DNA of 64,000 nt from Epiperipatus broadwayi. Taxonomy: Eukaryota > Animalia > Onychophora. Below the pieces are notes generated by a model. It did no database searches. It saw only the letters and a list, made by a program, of their open reading frames with translations, and was not told where the DNA came from. Positions 23,165 to 35,869 of the stretch are shown here, piece after piece (positions within the stretch are counted from its first letter, which is position 1; every line of letters begins with the position of its first letter). A program made the translations under genes and the position numbers. The stretch lies in assembly GCA_028023455.1 (NCBI GenBank), contig JAQFVV010000011.1, positions 2,356,001-2,420,000 on the forward strand. Reading direction: 5' to 3'.

Positions 23165-25965
23165 AAGCAAACTTTATTTAATACCAATTGGTTACATCAA
23201 AATATGTTCCACTAGGATTATATGTACTTATATGAATTTGATTTTGATTTAGTCCTTGCCTCTGAAAGTTATCTTGTTTAACCAGGTAAAAAAAAATCTG
23301 TTGTTATGATGATTGACCATCAAAGGGGTTGTGTTAGCTTATCTCATTTTTAAATATTTTATTTTTAGAAGTACTAATTCCAGTTCTTTTCATAATGCTG
23401 AGCGTATTTTGGAGAGAGACCATATTGCCATGAAAATGTCCTGTGGTGCAAGAATACTGTCTCTATCCTTAATTTTTTTTTTTTAATTTGATGTAGTAGG
23501 TGTTGGGGTGCATTGCAAATGTGAATGTGCAATAGGTGCACCAATATGCATACAAGCTGAATCTGACTGCACATATTATTGGTATTGTATTTCTTGTATG
23601 CATCTACTATTTTACTAATTGTGATCCATCATCAGTCACACTTTTCCTAGGGCTAGAAATTCATTCAGGAAATGGGTGTGTGTTTCTTCAGCTCTGTGAT
23701 ATAGCATGCACAGTGGATCAACATTAATGTAAAATCTCTTGTGCCGAATAAAGTGTATAGTGGTAATGCATTCAGGTTAAGTTTGCTAATAAAATCATAA
23801 AATTTTGGTTCCAGGCACCATCTTTTGAATTTTCTTAACAGTTGCCCATTATTTATTTCCAATACTATATGGGCTGGTTATTTGCTTGTCGGTCTGGAAA
23901 AAGTAGATTTTGTATTTGCCAATATGTGTATTTATTTGTGTTTTTAGTGTTATATTGTTTCTTATGGATTCACAACTTGCAAGCAGGGTAAAGATATAGC
24001 TATATGTGTGGAGAGGCTGATCAGTGGGTGTGATTTCTAATATTACCAGCATCACTGGAAACATCTAAATATAGCTACAAGCAGATTTACTGTTTTTTGG
24101 GTGTGAAACCCTGGTATTGCATGAAGTCCAAGAGCATTCCATTTTGTAGTTCAGTTTAATTGCTTTATTGATAATAGTTTTTATTGATATGGCTAATACT
24201 TTTCTTTTCCATAGTAACTTGTTTCATAGTGATTTAATTGCTGAAATAAATGATTTTGTGAAATTTATTATTGGCAGATAGTAGATGATTTTTGTCATAA
24301 TAAGCTAGTTGTATAAAGATACTTTTGAGTAAAATGCGATATAAGATTTGATTCCATGATTCTTTCTGTGTCTGCTTTAAATTTGTTTTGTATTTTCTTT
24401 CTCATTTGATTCATGACCAAGTGGAAAGGAAAATCCAGAAACATACTAAGTTTTCTTTGATATATCTGTTGTGTTTAATTTACCTGTAAATATTGCCTGT
24501 GCAGTTGATTTGTTGGTGTTGATTTTTGGCCTGAACTTTGCTATATATTTTTTTATGATTTCCTGAAGCATAGGTAATTGCTTCTTTGATTTTAGAAATC
24601 CTGTGACATCATCCATATAAGCTATGCATGGTATGTATGTGTTGGTGTTTGAAATTGGAATTCCTTGGATTTTTTTTAAATTTGCTCTAACAGAGGGTTT
24701 AATTATAATGTAAATTATAGTGTGCTGAGTGAAGATCCTTTTGAGATTGATTGTCTGGGGTAGAAAGATGATGATCTGCCATTGAGGATGATGTAAATTT
24801 CTCTGTTTAGTAATATATTGGTGATATAGGATTCTGCAAGGTATTTTTTTTTTTTTTAGTTGAATTAACAGTTGTTTAATTGGCATTGAATCAAATGCGC
24901 TTTCAAAATCTAATTACATGGCCATTGGAGCATATTTTTTCATTTTAATTACCGAGTTAATGATTATTTTGAATATTAGTACTGCTTTGCTTATTGATGA
25001 GCCCTTTTTTGCATATTGATATTGTGATATTAGTTTTATTATATATGGTTCAATTTTTTCTTTTTAAAACTTTTTCCAGAATTTTTATTTCCAAAGGCTT
25101 CATTGAGATTGGAGACTGTGGTAATTGGTGCTTGTTTTTTTATAAAGGAGACCATTGAGACCAGACATAGCCCTTGTATGTTGCATAACTTTTGTGATAG
25201 TTGATTTGCAAGCTGGCATAGGTATGTGTTTGTAAATCAGTTGAGATGTGACAATACAAATTGTGCCTTCCTGGTGATCCTGGGTGGCACATACCTGAAA
25301 TTGATGCTAGAATGAGTGCAAAATCTGAGATTTCAAAAAGTGTCTCAGTTCCTGGTTTTCCAAAAAAAATTCTGGGGGCTTGAATTGTTGTGTTTTGTTA
25401 ACTTTTCTTATCAGTTGTATCATATTATGTCCATCTGTGATTTTCCCATCTAATTCTAGTGCCATGGGAACTCTATTCATGGATGAATAGCCCAATGCCC
25501 ATCGAATGTATCCATGGGTACATGTGTGTTGCTGTGTTAGACAAATTCTCTTTTTTTAATGGCTAGATATTACTTTAGTTTATTACATGTTTGATTATAT
25601 AACTGTGTCAGCTTTATTAGGTTTGCTTGATTGTCCGGTTTTGAGATAAGTTCTTTTATGTATCTCATCTGCTAACATTATTAGTTTAGTGCGGATTGAT
25701 TTTTGAGTAATATGATTGATATTAAATGAGAAGTGTTATATGTCATGTACTTAGAGATTGGGTCAAGTTGCATATGAGTGAGCTTATTTACCATGATGTA
25801 GGTTTCTGAGAACTCTGGAGTGTTCACTGAGTCCTGCAAACTCTAGAGTTGACATTTGTTTGGGGAAATGTGGTAAAGGGTTCTTGCCTTTTCAAGGTCA
25901 TTGGATAATGTTCACAATGTCCCCCTTTCACCACGAGACTATTTATTGCTACAAAATGTGTTTGT
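23165..25965 (-). mobile_element. Second decayed L1/Tx1-like LINE (RT + C-terminal zinc knuckle + 3' UTR), 5'-truncated
   Basis: CIAYMDDVTGF at ~24620. Nucleotide similarity to the 20.5-23.1 kb copy (e.g. ~25070 vs ~21600). The C-terminus matches ORF 44-436. aataaa on the minus strand near 23175. Confidence 0.85.
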
Positions 25966-26489
25966 GATATATCTCATGCATTATGTACATCTTCAAAAAG
26001 TTTTTCCCCCCATGATTATTAATAAATTACTTGAATAAAATTTAAAAAGGAAGTATTTTTGTTTTGCAATTATTAAACTTTACTTTGCACTATTCTTTAC
26101 TAAAAAAGAGGCTAACTATATTTGCATGTCTTATCTTTCAATAGTAACTTTATTACAATTCATGAAGGTATATAGATAATAAGTAGCAGAAATATGACAG
26201 GGTAACTGGCACATATATTTCGTGAAGACAAGTAGGAATAAATTGATGAAACAGAAAAACATTTTACTGTCTTAAAATGTTGTTATGGATTTTGTCAAAT
26301 ATGAATGTAGCTGTATTATACCAGAAACTAACACAATGAAAATATTAAAACAAACACATTTTGTAGCAATAAATAGTTTCATGGTGAAAGGGGGACATTG
26401 TGAACATTATCCTAATGACCTTGAAAAGGCAAGAACCCTTTACCACCTTTCCCCAAACAAATGTCAACTCTAGAGTTTGCAGGACTCAG
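25827..26489. repeat. Inverted repeat of ~139 bp with ~385-bp spacer at the 5' end of the LINE copy
   Basis: 25827-25965 is the reverse complement of 26350-26489, with only about five differences by eye. Confidence 0.9.
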
Positions 26490-27223
26490 AGCAAAAATTG
26501 ATATTATTGAACATATCTAAGTGAAAACAGATACTTTTACTTCTTTATTTTATGTTAGAAAATCTATTCTAATAGAATTATAACATCAAAGTTATTAGAT
26601 GCTAGTAATATTAACAAAGCAAAGTTGTTTGAATTTATTAACTCAAAATTTAGAGTGAAATGCAATTAATTCAAATTTCTTAATAGTTCATATCTCTGTA
26701 GAGATTTAATATATATATATAATGTCTCTTTAACTATAATTTTGTAGGCACACTATTGCTCACACATACAATTTCCATATAGTCAAATTGGATTCTTGAC
26801 TACAAAGTCATTAATTTAAAAAATTCCACAAGATGTCTTGTATAATTATATAAATACAGCCATTATTAATTTATTTTTCAAAAAAGTACCCTATAGAACA
26901 TTTTTTTAAAATTCTACTAATTTGAGTTCAATTGTAAATTTTTTATAAAAGGAATATAGAAATATGGTTGAAAAATTAATGATTATTATCTTTAATTCAT
27001 TTAATTACAACAAAATCTGGAGTCTGATTAAATATCTTGCCTACTTGGTGCTAAGGGCAATTCTGCCTCAGACTTCTGCCTCCATTCCTATCATCTGCCC
27101 TTCTCTTCATTCATAATCAGTTCTAATCTTAAGATTATCTATTAACATTTTTCTTTTACTCTTCTTCATCTTATTATCCACAGTCATTTATGACTAAAGC
27201 TAATTTGTCATTATTTTCTATTT

Positions 27224-28573
27224 TACCCAGGTCTCGTTTTGTGCTGATTTTTTAAATGAGATTTTGAAGTTATGCGATTCACGTTTCTTCTTAATATCTT
27301 TGTATGTGGTTTTCTTTTATGTGATAAAAATTAGGAGAGCTCCCATAATGCACTATTACTTTAAATATTATAAATTTCATGCACTCACACATCATATCTA
27401 AAGTAATAACAAATTATCAGAGTTCGACTTCCATCTAATAATTTCAATATTTTCAGCGCTTTATAATAGTACTGTAATAGATTTTATGCAATAAATAAGT
27501 TCATAATTCACTTAAAACCAGGATTTCCCCAATTTATATACACACATTAAGTTTTACAAGATTATTATGTAAATCTGTTCAAACATTATAGATGCCTATA
27601 CTATGCATGTTGTTGTTTTTGCATTTTAAATCGCATTCTATTTTTTTGTTTTCAAAAAAAGAGTACATAATCAATTAATCATTTAGTGTCCACAAGTTTA
27701 TTTTGAAAGGTGTGTAACAGTGGTGGGCACAATTAAATTTGACAATTAAAAATTAATATCTGATTTTTAATTGTAATTAACAATTTAAAAAATACATAAC
27801 GTGATCTGAAATTAATGTGATGTGAAACAATGAAATTTGATTTTTAAACAGAATTGAAACTTAAAAAATTAAAGACAAAAATAAGAATTTAATTTTTGTT
27901 AGTTTTAATTAAATTTTGCCCATCAGTGGTGAGTATGTGTCTTTTTATTATCATAAGTCTAAGTTTTTATTTTAAACTTTTAGTTTACCCTAATGGAGAG
28001 GAAAAAACACCCAAGAAAATGAATTTCTTTGGAAACAAAAATTTCAATTTTATATCGCTTAGTGAAATGGAAGGATCAACAGCCGATTGGAAAATCTTTT
28101 AGTTTGGGTGAGTGTACTATAAGAGCAATTAAAAAAATGAAGTTGGCGCTAGTTGTATTTCCTCTTGTGACGAATCTGATGTCTTACTAGTTCACAAATG
28201 AACTTGAATATCTGACAAATAGCGATAATGATTAAAATACTGTACATGTATGAAAAAATGTAAAATACTGTAAATTATGCATAAAATATATATTGTTTTG
28301 AATAAAATTAAATACTGTAGTTAATAAAAAAGGAAAAAAAGTTTGTCTTGTATCAATTTTTTTCAAATTTGAAATTTTTTATTAGTCATATTTTATTTCC
28401 TTATTTTTTTTATGTGAATTTTAAAGTAATTTTACATTGTTGCTTTGCTTTTATGTGATTTTTGAAAATTACAGTACATTTCCCCCATTTTTCAAGATAA
28501 GTCTATTTTTGTTTATTTCTTTTGTGTGCGTTTTCTGAGGAACCTATCTACCGCATAAAACGAGACCCAGGTA
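27224..28573 (+). mobile_element. Tigger/pogo non-autonomous deletion derivative (copy T1; keeps N-terminal HTH)
   Basis: Degenerate TIRs (cccaggtctcgtttt ... aaaacgagacccagg, TA-flanked). ~27992-28135 encodes MERKKHPRK*ISLETKISILYRL...IGKSFSLGECTIRAIKK (CENP-B N-terminal HTH-like). Collinear with the reverse complement of 51370-53090. Confidence 0.85.
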
Positions 28574-29114
28574 TATTCCAAATTATTATACTATCTTCTG
28601 TTCAACGTTTTAAAAAACGTTTATTATTCTATACATTTTTTTAAATATCTAATTAAAATTCTAATGAGTATTATTACATTGTCTTCTATATATTTATTTT
28701 TCTATTTATGTCTCTAATGATGTAAGAATGCTTATAAAATTCTAAAATTGGGATTCTAAATTAAATTATATTAAGAAATGACAAGCAATGGTGCAAAGTA
28801 CATCAATAATGATATCAAATATTGTTTGTCCATAATAATTTCTTCCCTAATAATATCTACCTATCTTCGGACAGAAAATTTAATCTGTGTATTCATGCGT
28901 ATATGATATTATAATCTGTAAATATATAAAATATATCCAATACAAAAATGGAAGTAGCACTAGAAGTCAGTATTATTCTTGACCAATGATTATACATTTG
29001 TTTTATCTATCTTATCTCATTGGTTTATGAGAATATAAACAGGGATTAGAATATATATACACAACACATTTTTTTATAACATTCAGTCATTTTTTATAAA
29101 TAATAACATGATAA

Positions 29115-29290
29115 TATATGGAAATTTGAAATCTTAAACCGGACAACCATAAAAGATTGTAAAAGACCTAGAAAGAGGCCTCATATAAGATAGATGAATA
29201 AAATAAAAAAGTTTTTCGTATGATGTGGAGAGGCTGTAAAACTGAATTAAGTTTGGAGTGTCCATCTCTGCAATGATGATGATGATGAAC
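29115..29290 (+). mobile_element. Degraded 3' end of the same RTE family as 15433-16938
   Basis: aaagattgtaaaagacctagaaagaggcctcatataagatagatgaataaaataa matches 16765-16825 and ends in (gat)n. Confidence 0.7.
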
Positions 29291-29367
29291 ATGGGCACGA
29301 ATCACTTAGTAAACAAGTTAACATAATCTTAATGTATATACAAAAGTTGGATTAGTTAAGTATATAT

Positions 29368-29770
29368 AGGATATATGAGCACAGACTTTCACACGACTCA
29401 CCATTCTCCATCCTATCTCATAACACTGACACACTTGAACACATATATGTTGAAAAGATAAATAATCACCAATACGTATTTCATGCTAGACCAGCAATCA
29501 TCAGTTGGTCCAGATTACCATCTCTACACATATATGATACAAGTGCTCAGATAAGATAGTCAATCCTCATATTTTAATGGACAGGCTTCAATCTACTTCA
29601 TACTCCCAACTCTTCAATCGTCCATCCAATTGAAAATCTGATGATGGAATGCTCAAAGGCCACCCTGAGGCCGAGATTCTTGTCACACCCATGTTGACCT
29701 AATATCAATCTGACCCCTCATGTACAGGACATAACCCATTTAATACTTACACAAGGGATGGGCAGACATC
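29368..29770 (-). repeat. Family A repeat, copy A4 (longest, ~400 bp)
   Basis: Aligns to A1, A5 and A7. No open reading frame in the three frames I translated for its 5' part. Confidence 0.85.
29468..29509 (-). ncRNA. Type I hammerhead motif in A4
   Basis: ACCAA-CTGATGA-TTGCT-ggtct-AGCAT-GAAA-TACG-TA-TTGGT. Core intact, U.U at the base of stem II, helix III 2 nt shorter than the consensus. Confidence 0.7.
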
Positions 29771-29779
29771 TCTACTAAG

Positions 29780-29872
29780 TAATAACTGAAACACACAAGC
29801 TTATTATATACCTGTGTCTATATATGTAATATAGACACAGGTATATAATAAGCTTGTGTGTTTCAGTTATTA
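29780..29872. repeat. Perfect 44-bp inverted repeat with 5-nt loop
   Basis: 29780-29823 is the exact reverse complement of 29829-29872; the loop is atgta. Confidence 0.95.
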
Positions 29873-30727
29873 GTTAAGTATGTAAATATAAATTAAAGAT
29901 TAACAAAAGTTATTTGCAGATATGAGTATTAAAATCTTTTCTAAAATATGAACTGAACTTTCTTCACTGTCAGTGAGTGATGTATCACTGAGATCTCTAG
30001 GGATGCTATTCTTAATCACACATGATCTTTTAAGACAACAATAAATTAATCAGTTTTCCTTTTTTCTTGATACATATAATTATATAAGTTCATTAAAACT
30101 GTTCAAGTATCAAGTAAGAGTTTATTTTAAACCCTTAAAATGTTTTATGTATGTTACAATTAATAATAAATAGAGTTAGCAACTTTTTTTATTTCAAATC
30201 TTGTGACTTACAAATAAAGTAAACAAAACATTCTTTTAATTACATTATTTTTTAATAAAAATAATAAATACAAATATAAAAAAATGAAACTTAAAATATT
30301 TCAGAATAAGGAACACATTTGTAAGGACCAAATTAAATCTTGAACAACCAATAGATTGCACGAACATGTGAAAGTATACCATCATTAAATAAATACTTTT
30401 AATTCAATGAGTCAATAAACCTGTTTTTAAATAAAAAAGCATAACTTCATACATTTTTAGAGAGATTTTAATAAAACTCAAATATCTTTATGTATATCTC
30501 TCTGTATGTGCATATGTATATACTTTTTATTTTATCATATATAAATTTAATCATATCTTTTTCAGATATTTTTAGTCGGTAATTTAAATATATATATATG
30601 GTGAAATGAAAAGTGATAAATATATTTCTTATTACACATAGGGGAGTGGGAGTGGGTGGGGTGGAGAATGAAGTTGACATAATTATTCCATTAGATGTGT
30701 TAAATAATAATAAAAATAATAGATATT

Positions 30728-31118
30728 ATAAGGGACTTGAACTCAGACTTTCAAACCCCTACAGCTATCCAATCCATCTTATACAACCAATACACATGAC
30801 CACATACATGTGAAAAAGATAATCTCCAATATATGTATTTTGTGCTGAATCAGCACTCATCTGTTGGTCCAGATCACATCTCTCACACATATATACAATC
30901 ACTGCTCAGTTTATATTAAGAAAGCAAATCTTCAAACGTTAATGGACAAGCTTCAATCTTCACTTCCATATCATTAAAAATCCAAGGATGGAATGCTCAA
31001 AGCCCTTGTCGATGCCAATATTATTGTCATACCCATGTTGACCTTACTCAATCAGGATCCCTCACACATAGGACCTTAATATGTCCAATAATTACATAGA
31101 AGAGGGATGGGCAGAATA
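30728..31118 (-). repeat. Family A repeat, copy A5
   Basis: Aligns to A4 over its length. Hammerhead region ~30825-30868 is decayed (CAGATGA, AAAA). Confidence 0.85.
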
Positions 31119-31134
31119 CAAGCTAAAAATGTAA

Positions 31135-31390
31135 TATTTAAATACATGTATATTGTCCATATTGAATTTAATGTAATTATAAGAAACTTGATATCAGACT
31201 TTCAAACATCCTACAGCTATTCAATCTATCTTATACAACTGATAAACATGATCCCACATATATGAAAAAGATAAATGATCCCCAATACTTATATATATAT
31301 ATTGTGCTGAACCAGCATGTATCACTTGGTTCAGATCACCATTTCCCATATATATATACAATCAGTGTTCAGTTTATATTAAGACAATAT
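31135..31390 (-). repeat. Family A repeat, copy A6 (partial, in tandem with A5)
   Basis: tcagactttcaaacatcctacagctat...gtgctgaaccagc...cagtgttcagtttatattaaga matches A5. Confidence 0.8.
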
Positions 31391-31434
31391 ACATAATTTA
31401 AATATATATTCAGCCTGTATTTTTTCCTATCTGT

Positions 31435-31825
31435 GAGTGACAGACTGATTTAAGGTCAACATGAGTATGACATTAATACTGCCATCAACAAGGGATTTGA
31501 CATTTCATCCTTGGATTTTTAATAATATGGATGGCTGAAGAGTTGTAGAGTGGAGAAGCTTGTCCATTAAAGTATGAAGATTTGCTATCTTAATATAAAT
31601 TGAGCACTGATTGTATATGTGTGTGGGAGATAATGATCTGGACCAACTGATGAGTGCTGATTCAGCACAAATTACATATATTGGAGATCATTTACTTTTT
31701 TCACATGTGGTCATGTGTATCAGTTGGAAAAGATGGATTATATAGCTGTAGGGAGTTTGAAAGACTGGGTTCAAGTCCTTTTTAATTCCATTAAATTCAG
31801 TATAGACAATACCCATCTATTTAAA
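31435..31825 (+). repeat. Family A repeat, copy A7 (inverted relative to A5 and A6)
   Basis: Reverse-complement match to A5/A6. Hammerhead region 31642-31685 is accaaCTGATGAgtgctgattcagcacAAATtacatatattgg (GAAA lost). Confidence 0.85.
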
Positions 31826-32427
31826 TTATAGTAGATATGTTAAAATTTAATTAAAGTTAGAATATATTGTAATTAAAAACAGTATGATAATTTCTAATTA
31901 AATAAATTATTAGTAATAATCATTAAAGTATTTATCTGGGGAGTATGGTGTCATAATTGTCAATATAGGAAGTTTTAACTCCTTTACATTAATTATACAT
32001 ATATAAGCTCTAATATATTACTATTCACGAATACTTTGATTCATTAATCAAGTATCTTTCTAATTAAGTAAACATAAAATATAATTTTTAAATAAAAGTA
32101 CGAAACATTTTTGAACATGATAGTTGTTAAATACAAAGTTTATATACAAATGTAATAAGGAAAGTTAATTTAGTCATATTTACAAAATTTTACAGCTAAA
32201 ATAAGATTTTTAACTTTATATGAAAGTATATTAAAGTGAGTTTTTTTTATATTTATTTGATAATATGTTAATAATCATTTACAGTGGATCACTTATGGTT
32301 AAATATATAAACACATTTTAAAACGCAATTTATTTATTTTTTAAATCTTTAACGGAATCAACAGTATCAAGAATTTTTAAAAATGCATTATAATGTAACT
32401 AATTTGCTTTTAAAAAGATATCATAGA

Positions 32428-32516
32428 TTTTTTTTTTCATATGTCATAGCATCGGCCGGGAGGCGAACCCGCAACAACCGTCTGCAACCAACTGCTTGCT
32501 TGCAAAGCGGCTGCGC
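32428..32516 (-). mobile_element. tRNA-derived SINE, copy S3 (5'-truncated, S1 subfamily)
   Basis: Near-identical to 6490-6565. Confidence 0.75.
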
Positions 32517-32996
32517 ATAGATTATTCACATATATGAGAATGTATGCAAATAAAACAAAATTTATAAGAAACTAATTTGGAATGTTAGCTTATGTAAAAA
32601 TGCATTTTTTTTTGTACTTGCACGTTCTTTTTTTTAAAAAGTAATTTTTAAATTAAAGCTTAATCGATAGTTAATCATATTTAAAAAAAAAAACACCTTA
32701 CATATAAATAACAATTACTTCAGTAAATATGAGCAATCATTCCTCACAATAGCAGTGTTCCTTTAATACTTTAATTAATTACCAAAATGCTTAATATCAG
32801 GATCATCTCATTGCAATGAGTTTAAACATGGGATTCTATAACAATGTTCAAGTTTTATGATAAGTGATAACTAGTTACTGGACTGAAGTGCTTTTTACCA
32901 GAAGATACAATCAACTAGGTTTAAAGCACTATTTCTAGACAATTATGTAACTCAATAGATATTTTTAATATTCCTATTAACTTGTTAAATATATAG

Positions 32997-33153
32997 GGGG
33001 TTTGAACTCAGACTTTCACAGTGACCGTCAACCATACATGCTATCTTATATCGCCGATAAATTTGATCTCACACATGTTGAAAAGACAAATAATCACCAA
33101 TATACATATTTCATGCTAAACCAGCACTCATCAGTTGATCCAGATTATCATTT

Positions 33154-33206
<53 letters not shown>

Positions 33207-33215
33207 CAAAGCTCA
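32997..33215 (-). repeat. Family A repeat, copy A8, with expanded (TA)n
   Basis: Aligns to A1. The (TA)n run at ~33155-33200 sits where other copies have a short AT/AC run. Confidence 0.85.
33096..33139 (-). ncRNA. Type I hammerhead motif in A8 (core fully intact)
   Basis: ATCAA-CTGATGA-GTGCT-ggttt-AGCAT-GAA-ATATGTAT-A-TTGGT: 5-bp stem I, 5-bp stem II, near-palindromic helix III, AUA cleavage triplet. Confidence 0.8.
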
Positions 33216-34605
33216 GCTGTTACATGAAAAACTGCTTTTACACAATGTATATGAAGCATATTGTGTATCATAAAATTAATCAAATAATAAGTTGTGCAGT
33301 TTAATACTATGGTAATATAGAAAACTCAAAAGCTAAGTATCTGAATCAGTTCTCATCTGAGGGAATTATAAATTAAAATTTCTCAATAGGTCAACTGAAT
33401 AGAATTATCTGTCAGCTGAGACTTCCTGCAATAATTATTTTGTTTATTATTATTCAATATTAAGAATAAAATCAGAGAATATTAATCTAAACCAAATGTT
33501 TCTTCTCTAAAACTGTGCTGAAAATCCTATCTCTTCTACAACCCCCCCCCCCCCGCAGATGTTTGCATATATGTATTGCACCGGTAATCCGGAGGGACTA
33601 CCTTTAGATATGACTAAACAATGAAATTTTCATAGAGTCTTATATAAAGTAGATAAGACTAGAGATGACTGAATCTAAAACAAGCTATATTTCCTATTAC
33701 TTTTACAAAATCAATACTAGTAATTCAGAATAGGTTTACAACTCAGAAATAAATTATATATAAAAAGCATGCATTTTCATCATTCTCTGGACTCCATGCT
33801 GAATGGACCAATTTCAAATACTATAATCCCTCAATTACCAATAACATTAGGCATTTGGTCAGTGATTAAACATTTTTTCTATTTTTTTGTTTTTGTTTTG
33901 ATAAACATGGAACTGGTAAGTCCTAATGTGAACATTTAAAATAAAAGCTGTTATGGCACTGATGATTTTGAACTTTATAACCAATAATCATTTATTTAAC
34001 AATTACAATTAACTAACAATCACATATATAATATACACACATGCACACAAAGTTAAAAATAATTATTTTAAAATACATTCATATATTAGCTAAGCACATA
34101 AAAATAAATAGATAAAAGTAACTTACTACTAATGTATATAAAATACATTCTAATGAAGTAATCAGATTATACTGACTTACTAAGATATTTTCTATAATTT
34201 TTTTTTGAAGTTTCAAAATGAATGGTCTTTTCATGATATAATTTTTTTTTATAATTTCCATTACTGATCTACTTGGGCTGAAAACATGTAATGTTACTTT
34301 TTCCAGTTTATTCAAGTTAAGTGTTCTGTTTTCAAAAAAATAATAGAGCACATATATTCTTCATAACCATTTTAGTTAATCCAGGGTTATGGCATTAAAT
34401 TTGAACTCAGGTAGTCTTCAAAATATGGCTACGTGATTATGGTATATTGGCACTCTTTAGATTGATTAACACTGCATTTTCTGTAATTGTAATAAAAATA
34501 ATTATTATCCATAAAGCAACTGTTCCATTTCTATCAAGGACAATTTATGTTTAGTCAATTACAGCAGCATAATTTTCCAAACAGTGATAGCCTCAGTAAA
34601 TATTA

Positions 34606-34932
34606 CTTACGTAATCATTGTGCGTTTAATAAATTTATAATTACAACTTTAAATTATTTTAATAGATTTCTAACTATAAAATCTTTCCATTAACTCGTTG
34701 TAAATCGAAAGATTTCACGAGTATTAATGTGTAATAAGAAATGTGGACTTAATCAGTGATGTATTGAATAGCTTCACACTCGCAGATCTAACCGCTTCAG
34801 CTTCACCTGTTTAAATAGAAAGTAGGTTGAAGTAAAGAAGGGTTCCCCTCTTTTCTTCCATAGCGTAAGCTTGTGGTTAAAACACCTGTAGAGGTCCCTA
34901 CTATCGCATTTTACAAGCATATTATCGAGGTT
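34606..34932. other. Unidentified ~330-bp segment between 19-bp direct repeats
   Basis: atagcctcagtaaatatta occurs at 34587-34605 and 34933-34951. The interior is richer in CpG than the flanks. Confidence 0.55.
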
Positions 34933-35869
34933 ATAGCCTCAGTAAATATTAAACAGTGATATATTTTTCAGCTACATTAGAGCAACACTGATTTTTTTAA
35001 TCCATAGTCAAGCACAAATGAAAGAATGTGTCACCTTATTTTAATGGTCTTTTAAGAATTCTTTTTACATTTTTAAAATTGATAATATACAATTGATTGG
35101 CAATTAAAAGTGCCTAATAATTTGGAGACTTTTTATCTTTTAATTACTAATACAAATCAGATTTGTAAATTCATTTTTTGTTATCTACAAATCTAATCAA
35201 ATTAACCATCTTTTTTTTTTCTAAAAAAACAATAATGATTTCAGTTTTGTTTTAATTTATATGATCTTACATGGATTAAGTTCTATTAAAGTTCATTTTA
35301 ATAAAAGAAATATATTTATCATTATCTGTTTATTGAAGTAAGCTGCTTTTATATATTTCATCCATGCATACACACATGCATATGCATGCAAAATACTCTA
35401 AATTTAAAATAATTTTAATCATTTTTAACAATTCAAGATGAGCTTACTATATCAAACATATATGTGGGTGATTATTATATACCTCCTCTCATTTAAAAAA
35501 TGAGACAATAAAAAGAAATATTTATTTCTTATTTCATCCTTTCTTCATCTTATTCTACTGGTACAGTTTTCTTATTGCTTTTTCTTATAGATTAAACAAA
35601 TAAAATACGTGGAAATTTTTTATCAACAATACCACATCGGTTAACTACATACATAATCACATAACAATAAGTCCATTTGAGCCATCTGCCAGGTACCAAA
35701 GCTGCAATATAGAAAAATAATACCTGACCATGTATACACTAGAAATTGATATATATTCAACCATCACACTTACACTGAGACCATGCACAAGTGTAGAACA
35801 TTTGTAAATACAGGCTTATTAAATTAGGTCATGTGACCTCTGGCTTGATTTTTATTTTATTTTATTTTA

